DNA of 63,735 nt, filler included, from Licmophora abbreviata (taxonomy: Eukaryota): NCBI GenBank assembly GCA_900291995.1. It is 30 parts of 30 records of this genome, joined end to end, with 100 filler letters (N's around TTAATTAATTAA, not from the genome) between each part and the next. Parts side by side here need not be neighbours in the genome. Positions count along the whole stretch, not along the records: positions 23,005 to 24,030 come from OLMU01006401.1; positions 24,131 to 26,082 come from OLMU01006402.1; positions 26,183 to 28,243 come from OLMU01006404.1; positions 28,344 to 29,361 come from OLMU01006405.1; positions 29,462 to 30,684 come from OLMU01006407.1; positions 30,785 to 33,678 come from OLMU01006408.1; positions 33,779 to 36,665 come from OLMU01006409.1; 23 more parts are not named here. One strand, 5' to 3'. Within the stretch, counting starts at the first letter, position 1. Every line of letters begins with the position of its first letter. Positions 22,905-36,229 of the stretch are shown here, in pieces. The notes under the pieces were generated by a model, which searched no databases, was not told where the DNA came from, and saw only the letters and a list, made by a program, of their open reading frames with translations. The position numbers and the translations under genes were made by a program.

Positions 22905-23004
22905 NNNNNNNNNNNNNNNNNNNNNNNNNNNNNNNNNNNNNNNNNNNNTTAATTAATTAANNNNNNNNNNNNNNNNNNNNNNNNNNNNNNNNNNNNNNNN
23001 NNNN

Positions 23005-24030
23005 TGATGTCCACCGCGGCACCGGTGAGTCGCATCAATACGAAATCCTCCATGTCAGCATGTAAATACGCACCCACCACATCGGCGGTGGCAACATCGC
23101 GCTTCTCCAGGCCGTCAATCATCAGGGAGATCATCAAAGCATCTGTTGATATGGTCGGGGAGGTCGTCTCGGCTCTGGTATAGAGGGTGCGCTGGGGTCT
23201 CCCGTCCGCGCACGTGCGGCCTTTCAGCTTCCCGGACCGTTTCTCCTTGATCAGGTTGACTGCCCGTAGGGCACCTTTCTTTTCGTCGCTTGTTAAAATG
23301 GTAGCGTCCATTGGCTCGAAAACGTCTTTGTCGTCGAGTTGGGCAAACTCCTTGAACAGGGCGTCCACCGCGTCCTGTCCGTGTTTCTTGATACCGGCGC
23401 TCGCCGACATTTGGGTGAAAACCTGTCCAAAAACGTGGGTACGCAGGGAATGGGGATCGTTTGGGAGTTCATTGATGGCGTTCTGGAGCAGCTGTACTCC
23501 GCTGGAATTGCTTTCCGTGTTCGTTGGGTTGTCAATTTGGTGGTCGTACCGATGACTGTAGCTTCGTGCTCTGTCGTCACGGAGATTGTACCGATGGCCG
23601 TCAGCAACACCGTCTTCCACAGCAACGGTTTGCATCTGTTCCTCATCAGGGACGGTCCCGTCGGTAGCCTCTTGCGTGTCAGCAGCTTCTTCCGCGTCGT
23701 CGAAAACAGGCTCCTGCGCTTCTTCGTCGTCTGCGTCGTCGTCATCACCACCATCGAGGAGGGGCTCTTCCGCTCCTTCGTCTTCGTCGAAAATGTCCTC
23801 TTCCGGAGGCTCTTGCGCTCCTTCGTCTTCGTCGAAAATGGTATCTCCCGCGACATCGTCTGTTGCTAGCAAGTCCACTGTTGCAGCGTCGATCTGGTTG
23901 TCATCGGCCTCCTCATCGGGGTCACCGGCCTCCTCATCGGGGTCAGGCTGTTCGTCGTCCTGGACTGGAATGGCCGGTCTCCACTCATATTTCATGACAC
24001 CACCGTGAATTCGGGGCTGTCCTTGTGCGG
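23005..24030 (-). mobile_element. pol: Ty1/copia pol fragment (acidic linker and RT start), close relative of 57072-59525
   Basis: Highly similar translation to ORF 57179. Confidence 0.93.
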
Positions 24031-24130
24031 NNNNNNNNNNNNNNNNNNNNNNNNNNNNNNNNNNNNNNNNNNNNTTAATTAATTAANNNNNNNNNNNNNN
24101 NNNNNNNNNNNNNNNNNNNNNNNNNNNNNN

Positions 24131-25693
24131 ACGGCAAAGCTTGCGGACAGCGGCAAGGGACAGGATGTTGGCCAAAGACTTGGGGTTGTACCACACTGGG
24201 CCAAAATTGCGGACATCGCCGACAAAACGAGACTCTTGGGTGCCGCCGTTGGTGTAGACCTTCATGACGCTGGCAGCGCGACGGATGTTGTGTAGGTACT
24301 TGGGGTTCCGAAAGATTGATACCGTGGATTGGCTGTCAAGTAGGATCCAGGTTGCAGGGATTTCGTGGAGGCGGGACTGGGCAAACGAGAAATCGGAGGT
24401 GTCGGTCTCCTCTGGGGTCGCTGACGTCGCGGGCACGGCCTGTAGTAGTTGAACACCGTTGGTCGCACCTGCGGCCGCGGTGGGGGGATTGGGACAAGAG
24501 GATGAGTAATGACCTTTCACATTGCAACGCCAGCATGTAATGCCGGAGTGAGTAGCGCCGTCAGAGCCTGGGACGACGGCAACGGCCTGCGCGAACGTCA
24601 TCCCGACGTCGGTAGCGTTTGAGCTGTCAGGCTTGCGCTCCTTATTTCCACTCCGTTGCTCCTTCTGGTTGATCGGTTTCACTGGGGCGATGGCTTGATA
24701 TCCAACAAGCAAACTGTAAGCGCCCGACAGGTCAGTGGGGTACTGGTCATTCCCACGAGCGAACTGGTTCTCCAGATCTGCCAGTAGTCCGCTGTATCGA
24801 CGACGATCGGCTCGCTTCAGAAACGCAATGGCCTGTGCACGGTTGCTCGAGAATGCGGCGATGGCAGACTGACTGAGTTTGGGATGCTGTTCCTTCACTG
24901 TCTTCAGTAGAGCCACTTCCTGGCCCATTGAGTCTCCACCACCATAGTGTTTCAAAATATCGAGTTTTGTACGGAAAGTCTGCAAATAATCAGAAAGGCT
25001 TTCGTCAGTTGCTTGGCGATACGAGTAGAAATCGGTGAGGGCATCATCAAATGCAAGGAAAATGTAGCGCTGGCCTTCGAACCCGTACGTGACACCCCGG
25101 ATCGCTTTGAGGAGCCACGAGACGTCGCTGTTGTTGTCACTGTCGTCATATCCGTTCAGAGTCATGAGCTTCGCCTTCATGGCTTCGCTACACTGGCCCC
25201 ACGCCACTGCGTGTAGAGCCTTCAGGTTGCCCGTCAGATAGCCCGTCTTCGAGTAGTAACTGTCTACCTCTTTCTGCCACAATGCCAACTGCAATCGGTT
25301 GTCCGCGTCTTCGTCTGAGAGTTCTTCAGGAAGGGGAATGGTGGGGGTGTCAAGAGTCTTGAAGAGAGTTACCATGTCACCGCAGTGTTTCTGGTTCTTC
25401 GCAGAGTATTCTGCAAGGGCCTCCAGGGTCTTCACGAACTGTTGGGGGTCTCCTGATTCTTGGAATGTCTGAAATACATGTCCGTTCATGCCGTCGGTGT
25501 TTCCTTTGAAACTTGACTTCTTCTTCTCGGGAGCAGATCCACGGGAGAAACGCGACTTATTCCGATTTCGATTCGAGCGCTGGGACTGGGACTGACTGTT
25601 CGTTCCGCTCGCTCCTGGCTGTTGGGTTCCGGCGGCAGCGTCAGTGGCTTCTCCAGCTGTACTCCCCGCTTGGGATGCGTCGTCATTAGCCAT
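24131..25693 (-). mobile_element. gag: Ty1/copia (CoDi-like) gag plus aspartic protease
   Basis: CWRCNVKGHYSSSC knuckle; WILLDSQSTVS protease site; paralog of 10434-11766. Confidence 0.92.
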
Positions 25694-26033
25694 GATGAGC
25701 GATGTTATGTGGCGCACGATTGGTATTCACACCACTGATCGTACGAAGGTGTACCCTTTTGGGGGTGACCTTTGTGACAGTTCCGACCCTGTCGCGTTCT
25801 GTCACCGTTCGTCCGAACAAGGGGTACTTCACCTCGTTCAGGACTCTCACTGTGTCGCCGATACGAAAGGACTCAACGCCGGATCGGGCGGAGTGATCGT
25901 TGGACGGGGTCGCAAGGGACTGAGTCTCTGCTTCACGAGCGGCTGCCAACCGACGGAGGAGAACGCCTTCTTGCACTCGCAGCTGTTCGAGCTGTTCAAT
26001 GAGTTCTTTGACCGGGTCCTTCGTCTTTGCCAT
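25686..26033 (-). CDS. Small ORF0 upstream of copia gag (second copy)
   Basis: MAKTKDPVKELIEQLEQLRVQEG.. conserved with 10094-10441. Confidence 0.8.
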   Translation of the reverse strand: MAKTKDPVKELIEQLEQLRVQEGVLLRRLAAAREAETQSLATPSNDHSARSGVESFRIGDTVRVLNEVKYPLFGRTVTERDRVGTVTKVTPKRVHLRTISGVNTNRAPHNIAHHG

Positions 26034-26182
26034 TCGGTGAAGCAAATAGGATTTCTTTTTCTTTTCTATTGAAATAATGTTGNNNNNNNNNNNNNNNNNN
26101 NNNNNNNNNNNNNNNNNNNNNNNNNNTTAATTAATTAANNNNNNNNNNNNNNNNNNNNNNNNNNNNNNNNNNNNNNNNNNNN

Positions 26183-28243
26183 TCCTTATGGACGAGGTGG
26201 AATGAATGAAAGGCGTATGATAGGTAACAAAGGGAGAATTACCAGGAAATTAAACACGGCACATTACGTAAAGCATCTGTCCTTAATTTCTCTTTCAACC
26301 TTTCAACAAGAAAAATTTACGCTCATTCTGTACAACATGGCAATGAAATGTAATATGCTGAGCTCTGCAATCTGGCGATCACGTGACAAGCTTGATGCTA
26401 AGGAACTGTCAAGAAATCTTACACAAGAAGATGTTCAGGCGGCAATTGACAAGAAGGAAAGGGGGTTGCAATTGAACGGAGCAAATGCAGGACATAGATA
26501 TCTGAGAGCTGTAGATGCATCTATTAAAGCTGTTGCACATACAAATGAAGCGGCTAAGAAAGCTAGGCTTGACGGAGAAGCGTTACAACACCACTTTGGT
26601 TTAGCAAGTTACTTCCTCAGTGTTACGCCCGATGACAACAACAGTTTCATTGTTCAGGTTTACTCAGGAAATATTGTAGATGATGACAAAGACGTATCTT
26701 GTCTCTCGGACTTGGAGCTTGTCACGAGAGCCAAAAAGAGGACTCAGGTGCGAATCAAATTCCCTGGAGTGTGTGCTTTCTTTTTGAACTGGCTTTGGAT
26801 ATCATCATTGAAGAAGTTATTGGATGGAACATTCTGAAACAGAAACCGAATGGTAGAGGTTTGTTTGGGATACCACAAGCATTCAGTGCATCAATTGAAG
26901 AGCAAGGAAGAACAACTGTTCACGGGCACTTTCAAATTTGGATACAGCAGTTCAATGAAGAACGTAATAGATTTCTGAAAGGAACTTATAGAGAAAAAAG
27001 AGAGGCATGCACATTCATCACTGAGAACTTCACCTCAATTGCCAACTGTAAACTCATTGACGGTCGCCACTTACAACAGTTTCGAGTAGAAGCTTCCCTC
27101 ATAAGTGTACCGTTGCAAACATTTCTCAGCGTCAATTACCTGTTGTGTGTAATGATCAGACGCTCCGGAATTTGAGAAGTAACATCAATGATCCGGAGAT
27201 TGTTGGCTACTTTGCGTCCTGTCCTCATTGCTCTTACCAATGGACGAATCCTGAGTTTGTGGAATCCTATTTGGTACATGCTGCCAACATTCCGTCATTG
27301 TCAAAATTTCCTGACAACAGTACACGTAGATTAAAATCAATGGCAGTGCAGTATCAGAAAGGTGGCATTCAGGCAACAATTGACTCAGCTGTTATTGACG
27401 GAGGATACAATCATCACATTCATGCAAACTCCTCGTGCTTTGGATATCATACAAAGAATAAACAATCATCCAAGAAACGGAAGAGGGATGTGCATGAATG
27501 TCGTTATCGTTTGCCACGTAGAAAACAAAGAAAAACCGAGATTCTGGCTCTATCCTCCGCGCCAATGACATGGTTTTCTTGGGATGGGACAAGCAAAGAT
27601 CAGGATGTGTTTGATGTGTACCTTCAAAGGCATGAATATGATGCATTTCAGAACGTTTCTTGCCCTGCTGTAAGTCTATCAAAACTCTCATGCAACACTA
27701 ACATTAGTGCTCTCATGCCGGGTCCTATTGCAGGTTACTGCTTCAAATACAACTGGAAATCTACACAGGAACAGGATGAAGAACAATACGGTAGAGTACT
27801 ACAAGCGACGCAGAAGTTTCTCTCCAAATCTTCAGAACATACATCAGACGAATCTGAAACTATCCGGAGAATACTTGCAGCTTCGTTCGCACACCAGAAA
27901 AGTAATATTATTGGTGCTGCACTAGCATCATACCTTACACGAAATAAATCCCGGTTCATATTGTCCCACAAATTTGTCTGGTGTCCCTTACGTGATATGT
28001 ATGCACTTCTCAAAGGACAACCTTCTTCTGCTACTATACTGTACCGTGGAAAGACCCCATACTTTCAGAACAGTGCTCTTCACTACCTGTGTCGGCCTAT
28101 GGAGCTAGAACAGTTTGATGCGTATGATTTTTACTCCCTATATGAGACTGTCAAGTTGACATCAAGAAACAAGGATGTAGTTTTATGCTTCCGTAATACC
28201 GATGTGTTGCAACATCCTTCATACAGACATGAAACAGACGATT
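26183..28243 (+). mobile_element. Helitron-like Rep (HUH endonuclease) region, two frameshifts
   Basis: YFLSVTPDD (motif 1), IEEQGRTTVHGHFQIW (HUH motif 2), CNTNI..YCFKY (Y2 motif 3), CRYRLP. Confidence 0.85.
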
Positions 28244-28343
28244 NNNNNNNNNNNNNNNNNNNNNNNNNNNNNNNNNNNNNNNNNNNNTTAATTAATTAAN
28301 NNNNNNNNNNNNNNNNNNNNNNNNNNNNNNNNNNNNNNNNNNN

Positions 28344-29361
28344 ATACTGTATCTGGTATGGTACATCCCCCGGTAGACAAACAGGTACGTATGTTTTGTT
28401 TGTTTGACGCTTGACAACGACATCTGCTGTTGTCTGAGATGTCATGATGCATCATGATGGTTTCATCACTTCCCCATGACGGTCAACATCAATGGTTTTC
28501 TGCCCTTCCCGGTGAGCCCCACGGGCCCCGGCCCCCCTATACATTCCACTTCTTCTTTCAACCCATCCTTTGTTCCTTCGAAACTTGATTTCCTTCCCTT
28601 GGCTTCTTTTGCCCCTATCCTTCCCATCCCCTTCCCCTTTCACTGGTACAGTCACACATTCTCCCTGGCCACGCCCTTTCTTCTCTCCCTTTTCCTCGCT
28701 TCCTTCTCTCCCTTCTCTCTTCGACTTTCCTCCCTTCCTACTGGTTCTTTGAGGGTATTATTTCCTTTCCTTCTCCCTGTTCCCGGTTTTACCCAGACAT
28801 CCCATCGCCGCTCTTTTCCGTGCTTCTCCTTCCTTCTTTGGGGGACTCCTTTTCTTTACTTATGGACCTTTCATCTTCCGATCCTTATATCTCGACACCC
28901 CCCGTCACTTAACGCGCACGCTTTGCTACACCGCTCGGCTATCCGCACACGACCGCGCACATTATGTATCCCTGTTCCCTTATCTTGCTTGTGGGACTCT
29001 CACTTATGGTGTCACTTCAAATCCCGGTTTGTTTTTCTCGGGACTACTTTATCCCGTCTTCATTGCCTGATACCCGCCTGCCTACGTTGCCTCCCACGCT
29101 GTATACTCCCATGGGGTTCCTTGCGTGACTCGATTTGCGTGACACCCCTTCTTTTCCTTTTTCTTCTTTCCCACATTCGACCCCCTCGCTTGCTCTTCTC
29201 ATTGTTGTCCACTACCGTATTGCCTTTTCCGTCGTCGACCACCATGACCTCCTCTGTTTCCTACTCTGCGTTCCAACATCCCTTTCCGCCCCCCCGTCCC
29301 CCGGAAGGCCCGGCGGACTTCCGTTGCCTGGAAGCAAGAGTCCATCTTCAGAATAGATTCG
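28344..29361 (+). other. Strongly pyrimidine-skewed leader-like sequence, possibly a retroelement 5' region
   Basis: C/T-rich plus strand; only the last about 40 codons (MTSSVSYS..) look protein-like. Confidence 0.3.
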
Positions 29362-29461
29362 NNNNNNNNNNNNNNNNNNNNNNNNNNNNNNNNNNNNNNN
29401 NNNNNTTAATTAATTAANNNNNNNNNNNNNNNNNNNNNNNNNNNNNNNNNNNNNNNNNNNN

Positions 29462-30684
29462 ATCCCTACGCAGCCAGCTTTGTCGCCGTCGCTGATATCA
29501 TCTTTGCTGGCAATCTCCCTCCCATGGCCTCCACTCTTCTTCGCAGTAACTACTTCCTTGCGCTTCACAAGGATGCCACGGACGCTTCTAAGTTACGCCC
29601 CATTGGTGCAGGTACGAGCTACCGCCGTGTCCTCGGGGCTCTCCTCATGCACCTCCATGGCCAGCAATTTGCTGGCCTTCTCATTACTGAAGGCCAACTG
29701 GGTAAAGGCATTCCCGGAGGGATGGATGCAATTGTGCATGCAGCTCATACCTTTGTTTCAACCTACCTATCTCCGTCTGAAGAACTATCTGCCCCTCCTT
29801 CTGAATTCACACTCTTGGCATTGGATATCACCAATATGTTTAATGCTTGTTCGCGCCAGTCGTGTCGCGACATGCTTCAGACGCATTTTCCATTCCTGCT
29901 CCCATTCTTTGATCTTATTTATTCGACCCACAATACCTGCTGGTATCGTGACCCTTCTCATACTTGGTCTTCGTTCACGCAACCTGAAGGCTTCGCCCAA
30001 GGTGACCCCATGGCTCCTTTCTACGCTTCCTTAGTCTTATTTGCGGTTCTTCGCCCATTACACGACGAACTTCGCACTCGCCAGCGTCTTCGATCCCCGA
30101 CCGTGACAACACGCAATGCGTCTGTGTCGACGTCACCAGACTCTTCCTCTGCTTCCATGCAGTATCTTGACGATACGATCGCCCTACTGCACACCGTGGA
30201 TTTACCTTTCTTTATCCGCCGATTCACGGAACTCGGTGCGCCTCACGGTATTTGTTTGAACCTCTTTAAAACAAAGTTCCTCTCCAGTGTCAACGGCTTC
30301 TCTCCGGCATCGCATATCCAGTGTCCCATGGACACCAGTCAAGCTCTTTCTCAAGCCACCTCCTTGCTTTCTCCAGGTGCTGAATTACTCGACGGCATTC
30401 GTCTACTCGGTCATCCTGTTGGCAGCCGTGCTTTTGCCAACCGTTTCCTACAGAACAAGGCAGACACACTTCTTCATTATGTTAACACACTTCTACGCAC
30501 GCTTCCTGACCTACAGACACAATCTACTATCTACCGGTTGTGCCTTCAGACTACCATCTCTCATTTGTTGGCTACGGATGTCTACTTTAATTCGCCACTT
30601 GCTACTTTCCCTGTGACAGAATCTACCCCGCCGCGTTTGTTTGCATGGCACTCTTCCTTTGTGAATCATGCAAACACTATCCTG
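29462..30684 (+). mobile_element. Non-LTR retrotransposon RT, CRE-like early-branching type, partial
   Basis: LRPIGAGTSYRR, QLGKGIPGG, LDITNMFNACSR, GFAQGDPMAP, YLDD and LLGHPVG. Confidence 0.85.
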
Positions 30685-30784
30685 NNNNNNNNNNNNNNNN
30701 NNNNNNNNNNNNNNNNNNNNNNNNNNNNTTAATTAATTAANNNNNNNNNNNNNNNNNNNNNNNNNNNNNNNNNNNNNNNNNNNN

Positions 30785-32667
30785 GCGCTGGCGGCACGAG
30801 TAGCGGCGGCCTCAGCGCATGACATACCGTTGGCGATGATACAGCATTGCAGGGCGCCGGGTGCGGAAGATGCTGGGGTGATTCAGGTCTTCCACCGAGT
30901 CACGCGGTTCCCTATTACAGTGGTCGGAGCACCGGAGCCATGGGATGGCAACACGTACGCCATCGTCGGGGACATCGTGCAGCAGCAATTCGTCCTCGCC
31001 CCTTTTCCCGACGGTAACAGCAACCTGGCACCTCAAGGGACCTACGTGATGTCAGACGACGAGATGCTGGCCAGCGTAGGCATGGCACCAGATGGTTTGA
31101 TTCCATTTGGCGAAGGAGACGAGGTGGTAGAGGTGCGGACGCGCTTATCTACCTTCGTCCCATTCGAGTATGTACCTTTGCTGTTGCCCGTGGCCTTGCC
31201 GCCCAAGGCAGCGTTCCAGCGAGTGCTATTGGCAGCACGCGCCAGTAACCAGGTCGCAGCGTGCCGTCCGCTCTTGGATTTCTTGAAAGTGGCGGCGACG
31301 GCGATCGACGCCAACCCACAATTTTCTGCGGTTTCGCGTTACTGGCCGGCGCTGCCTCAGCCACCGAACGCGGCCCTCATCCGCTTCTTCGAACGACGAG
31401 TACGCCACGACCTACCCGGCTGGAAGCAAGCCGAAGGGCCCACTGCTGCCACGTTGCAGCCGGTCATATCGGCCATCGATGGCCTTACGGCAGAGCAGCG
31501 CCAGCAGCGTCTGGACTCGAAGGCCAGGCAGCAGGCGACAGACAGGGGGAAAACCCCAGTACAGTTCTACGGTGTGCATGGGCTTACCAAGCTCATGCGC
31601 ATTTGCCAGGTTGCGCAGGAGTCAGCACTCCCACCTCTTTGGTCTCAGTTAGCCCGTGTGCCGAAGACTGGTCGTCTCACCACGGTTCAGAACGTGGTCG
31701 ACGAGCAGCGAGCGGCACTCGGGGTCTATTTCGAAGTGCCTGTGTCTGTGTCTCTGGTTTCGAAACTCACTAGCTTGAGTTTCGCCGGGCCGGAGCGAAC
31801 TCGGACGACGTCACGTTGGGCATTCAACCCTTTTTGTTCGGCCTGCCGACCCCTCAGCAAGCGGAGCAGGTGGCACACAGGGCAGCCCTATACCGCCACA
31901 TCCATGGGGGCGAAGGCGTTCCGTCTTTAGCGGACACCCTGGTCTTGGAGGCACCGGACGATGTCAGAGCAGCTACTACCTTGCAAGCGGTCCAGCACTC
32001 GCTGGACGCGACTCGTTCAGTCATGTCGGCCATCCTAGGGATGGCCCATCCGATCGTTGCGTACCTCACCAGCACGCGTCAGGCCTTGGATGTGTGTGCC
32101 AGCGAACTGGCCGTACAGGCGCAGCAGCAGCCCACTCTACCGCTGGACTTACAGCGGTACATTCAGGTCGAGATCGCCCATTGGTTTAAGATGCAGGAGC
32201 GCGCCCACATGCCAGTACCCTTCATGGCCAAGCCGGTTGTGTATGAGGCCGCCAAGGGCGCCCATTTCTGGCGTTACAGCTTGCCGATGGCATTACAGCC
32301 CACACCAGTCCCGGCTCCAGCGCCTCTACCTGCCCCAGCACCAACGACCGCCGGTCAGCCGTCGGGATCAGCACAGCCGCCGGCCGCGCCGGCACAGAAC
32401 ATCGTCCGCAACATGCAGCTCGATTCCCGCTTCCGTGATGTCAAGAGCCGCCCTAACTGTCGTGCGCGAGCCATCCGCAGGAGATGCCAGGATCAGGGCA
32501 TAGCACTTCCTCGCGGCGCGAGCGGCAACCTTCGCTGCTTGTCCTACCATATCGTGGGACAGTGCAATGAAAGGTGCGGCAATGCCGCTGACCACCACAA
32601 CGAGCACCCGGAGGCGGACCAGGCTGCTTTGTTAGAGTGGTGCGAAACTAACTGGCGTCCTGAATAG
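30785..32667 (+). mobile_element. gag: YR retrotransposon family B, Gag-like ORF1 (frameshift near 31795), C-terminal CCCH finger
   Basis: ORFs 30830 and 31816 join; CLSYHIVGQCNERCGNAADH; directly precedes a DIRS-type RT. Confidence 0.8.
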
Positions 32668-33678
32668 GACGTCGGCAATGGCCGAGTGCTCGGGGGCACT
32701 CGCCAAGAGCCATTCACCTCACCGTCGCCTCGTGCGACGGCACCGCCACCCCCGCAGGCGGAGAGTCTTAGTAGTAGTAATCAGCAACGGACCGGGGCCC
32801 GCACGCGGCGGGCCTCAGCCATTGCCAGTAATCACCTTAATGATAAATTAGGTAAGAGTATACGTTTAAACTCGCAACTTCTACGCCGTCACGGTCTCAC
32901 TACGCTCCTACGCATTCGACAGGGAGCTGGTGATTGGGGCGACTTACAGACCGTGCGCGACCACCCCGCGCACCGGCTGTTAAGCGCCTGCAAAGCTCGT
33001 GGCGTCCCAATCACCCTCGCCGACGCTCCCTGGTCGTCTGACGAGAAGATATCAAGCATCACACGCGGACCTCATAAATCCGCCTACGAAAATTTAGAGT
33101 TCCTACGCGAGGACATGGCAGACATGGTGGACAAGGGATACTGGGTGGTCCTACCGTTTGAAGCAGTACAACACACACCCAGTCTACGCATTAGTCCTAT
33201 TGGTGTTGTACCCCAAGCGGCCCGGCGATCCAGGCCTATTGTGGATTACACCTACTCTGGCATCAATGATGTGACCCAACCCAACGCCCCCATCGAATCC
33301 ATGCAGTTTGGTCGCGCACTGGACCGGTTGCTCCGCCGCATCCTGCTCGCAAACCCCAATCGAGGCAAGGTGTACCTGTTGAAGGTCGATCTAGCCGACG
33401 GCTTCTACAGGATGCACCTCAACCCAGATATGGCTCCATCCTTGGCCGTCGCCTTCCCGAATCTCCCAGGCGAGCCGCCGCTAGTTGCCATCCCCACACG
33501 TTTACCAATGGGCTGGAAGCTCTCCCCTCCGCTCTTTTGCACCGCTACGGAAACAGTAGCCGATGTCACTAACCGGCAGATCTTGCAGCGCCATGTCGCG
33601 CCAAGCCACGCGCTTGACGCACTTGCCTCCAGCCGGCCGCCGCCCCGAGCACTGAGCCCTCAGATCGCCTCGTCCGAT
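32668..33678 (+). mobile_element. pol: YR retrotransposon family B, reverse transcriptase N-terminal part, in frame with gag
   Basis: ISPIGVVPQ, RPIVDY, KVDLADGFY and LPMGWKLSP. Confidence 0.9.
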
Positions 33679-34028
33679 NNNNNNNNNNNNNNNNNNNNNN
33701 NNNNNNNNNNNNNNNNNNNNNNTTAATTAATTAANNNNNNNNNNNNNNNNNNNNNNNNNNNNNNNNNNNNNNNNNNNNCGACCGACAGAAAACAAACTCT
33801 CGCCCTCTCAATTCGACGGGCGCCTTACGTCCTGTAAAGGATGAGAAGCTATATCTCCGTCTCGCAGGAGGGAGTGTTCATTCCGTGTCGGTCTTGGCAG
33901 TGGCGGCCATGACCTCGCAAACAGTGAGCGAAAAATGAGCCCAGCAAAGATTGGCGCTTGGGCGCACGGGAATTCAAACTGAAACTGAACGCTGGCGCGC
34001 CTACGAGTCAGGCTGAACCTTACACACA

Positions 34029-34334
34029 CATTAATATGAATATGAATATCAAAATAATACGAATTTGTTTATTCATATTCCATATTCGAAAAGCCGCCAT
34101 AAGTATATTCTACTTCCAACGGAATTGTGCCAACAAATCCGTTGACACGTCCTTCCGTCATCCGCCGGTCTGCTCAGAATTCATTAATATGAATATGAAT
34201 ATCAAAATAATACGAATTTGTTTATTCATATTCCATATTCGAAAAGCCGCCTTAAGTATATTCTACTTCCAACGGAATTGTGCCAACAAATCCGTTGACA
34301 CGTCCTTCCGTCATCCACCCGTCTGCTCAGAATT
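34029..34334. repeat. Tandem duplication of a 153-bp unit with an internal AT-rich palindrome
   Basis: Units 34029-34181 and 34182-34334; AATATGAATATGAATA..TATTCATATTCCATATT. Confidence 0.95.
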
Positions 34335-34749
34335 CTCTAAGTCGGTGGCGCGCGCTAGCTATCTACATGTACGGAAGGGGGGGGGACGGACGGGAACATT
34401 CCTGCGGCCCCTTGACTCTAATGAGATATTGTTCCTGCTTAGCATTCATCATATGTATATACAATGCATAGAAATAATATGAATATATTTATACGCAATG
34501 AAGCTGCCCACAAAGCATGACCAGCGCCTGCACCCTAATTGGATTGGATACTCACAGCAGCAGTTTCAAACTATAGGAGTATTCATTCAGGAATACGATT
34601 TTTTCAGCAATTTGAAATGCATTGTAGTACGTAGGAGCAGTCACAGTCTACATAGGCATGAAAGGTACGGGGCACACATAGCTTTGGTGGAAGGCCCGCG
34701 TTTTCATTTGACTGACCTCCCATAAAAATGCAGATGAGCCCTGCCAACC

Positions 34750-36229
34750 ATGGGACCAAAAGCAAAGAGGGATGCGGCTCATCTGAAGAAGCAAGGGAAC
34801 AGGACCCCCAAGAACAGTCTTTCAGCGCAAAGCAAGATGGTACCGAGAGGTAAGAAAGTGAGACGGAGAACCAGAGTTGTTGCAGATATTCACAGTAAAT
34901 CATCATTGTCGTCCGACGAGGAGGAAGTAGAGGCCCACTTGGATCTAGAGGACGAAGTGTCAGACATGGAACAAGGAGGAGCAGACCGCAGCCTGTCTGA
35001 CATGAGTAGTTCTGGGGAGCGAATTGAAGAAGAAAGCACGCAAGCTTATACTATCACAAAACTTCGAGAGGAGAACGCAAAGCTCAAGCAAGAGCTGAGG
35101 AGGGCGGCCATCAGAACTAACATCCTTGAGCAACAAATCACCGGCTTGAAGGAGATGAAACCTGATCCAGAGATGGAAAGAAAGGTGGTAAGCTTTACAA
35201 AGCATACACTTTTCCGGAAGTTCAAATTCCTACACAACGATGAGGAATTGTCGGACATTTCCAATCCCAACGGAATTGGCAGGACTGTGATGAGCCATTT
35301 CAAGATTACGGAAGTAGAAGAGACTGGATTTTGGAACATCTACAAACACACTGTGAAGAGAGCATTGACTTCCCGAAGGAGCGATGTGACTCAGTCGCTT
35401 CGGAAGACATTTCAGCGTAAGTGCCTGCAACCAGGACAGCCACCAAGCCGCTCAGCCACTACTGCTAGTACTAACACATTTGCTGTCGTGCACTGGCCTG
35501 CTGGCCTTTCTTTTTCTTGTATGCCTAGAGGTTCACGGCAAGATTGGAGCTGCATATGCAGCCAAAAGTGAACTCATTACAACAACTGAAGATCCCAAGA
35601 TGCGTCACTGGCTGTCTGTCCCTGGACTACATGATGAGTTTGAGTCATTGCTAGATAGGGTTCTGGGGCGCCTTCGCAGTGGCGGCAACACAAGTACAAG
35701 GACCCTCACAAGCATCGACTACACTTTCTTTCTTTACCACTTTGCTGGATGTGTGCTTGGAAAACGTGAGTGGAAGAATGTGCGATCGTTGTACCGCATC
35801 ACAGAGATTCTATCTACTACCGACGAAGCCTACTTGCTGTTGGCAGTGGAGAATCATTGGGAGGAGTTTTGCAAGCCAATGGAGTGCAATACTGGAGATC
35901 AACAGCAGAGTACTAAACTTCAAGGCAAATATACCAAGGAGGGGACGAATCAGTCATACAGTGGCTGGAGCCATGCGGGCAAAGTACGCTACAACAAGCT
36001 TGTCAGTATGGTGGCAAAGGACCGCGCAACAGATGGAGGAAAGATGGCAGAAAGGGTCATGCAAGACACTTTTGCATTATGGGATGGTGGTGTACTTGTG
36101 TCTAGCAAAGACAGAGAGAGGAAGCGAAAGAGCAATGTCATGGAGATTAGTGCAGCCAGAAACGAAGAAGTGAAAGCAATGAGTGAGCACGACGTGATGG
36201 AAATGATGGGAGAGACAGCTTCTGTGTAA
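34750..36229 (+). CDS. Hypothetical two-exon protein (about 455 aa; intron 35417-35528), possibly a transposon accessory gene
   Basis: C|GTAAGT..TAG|AG joins ORFs 34750 and 35480 in frame; TDEAYLLLAVENHW, GKYT and YSGWSHAGKVRYN. Confidence 0.65.

Noticed and set aside
26775..27150. Programmed frameshifts in Helitron Rep (also 53240, 55095, 36960)
   Set aside because: Mostly at homopolymer runs and not reproduced in sister copies; sequencing error or decay is more likely.
28476..29417. 313-aa F/L/P/S-rich membrane-like ORF
   Set aside because: Explained by pyrimidine skew, which suppresses stop codons.
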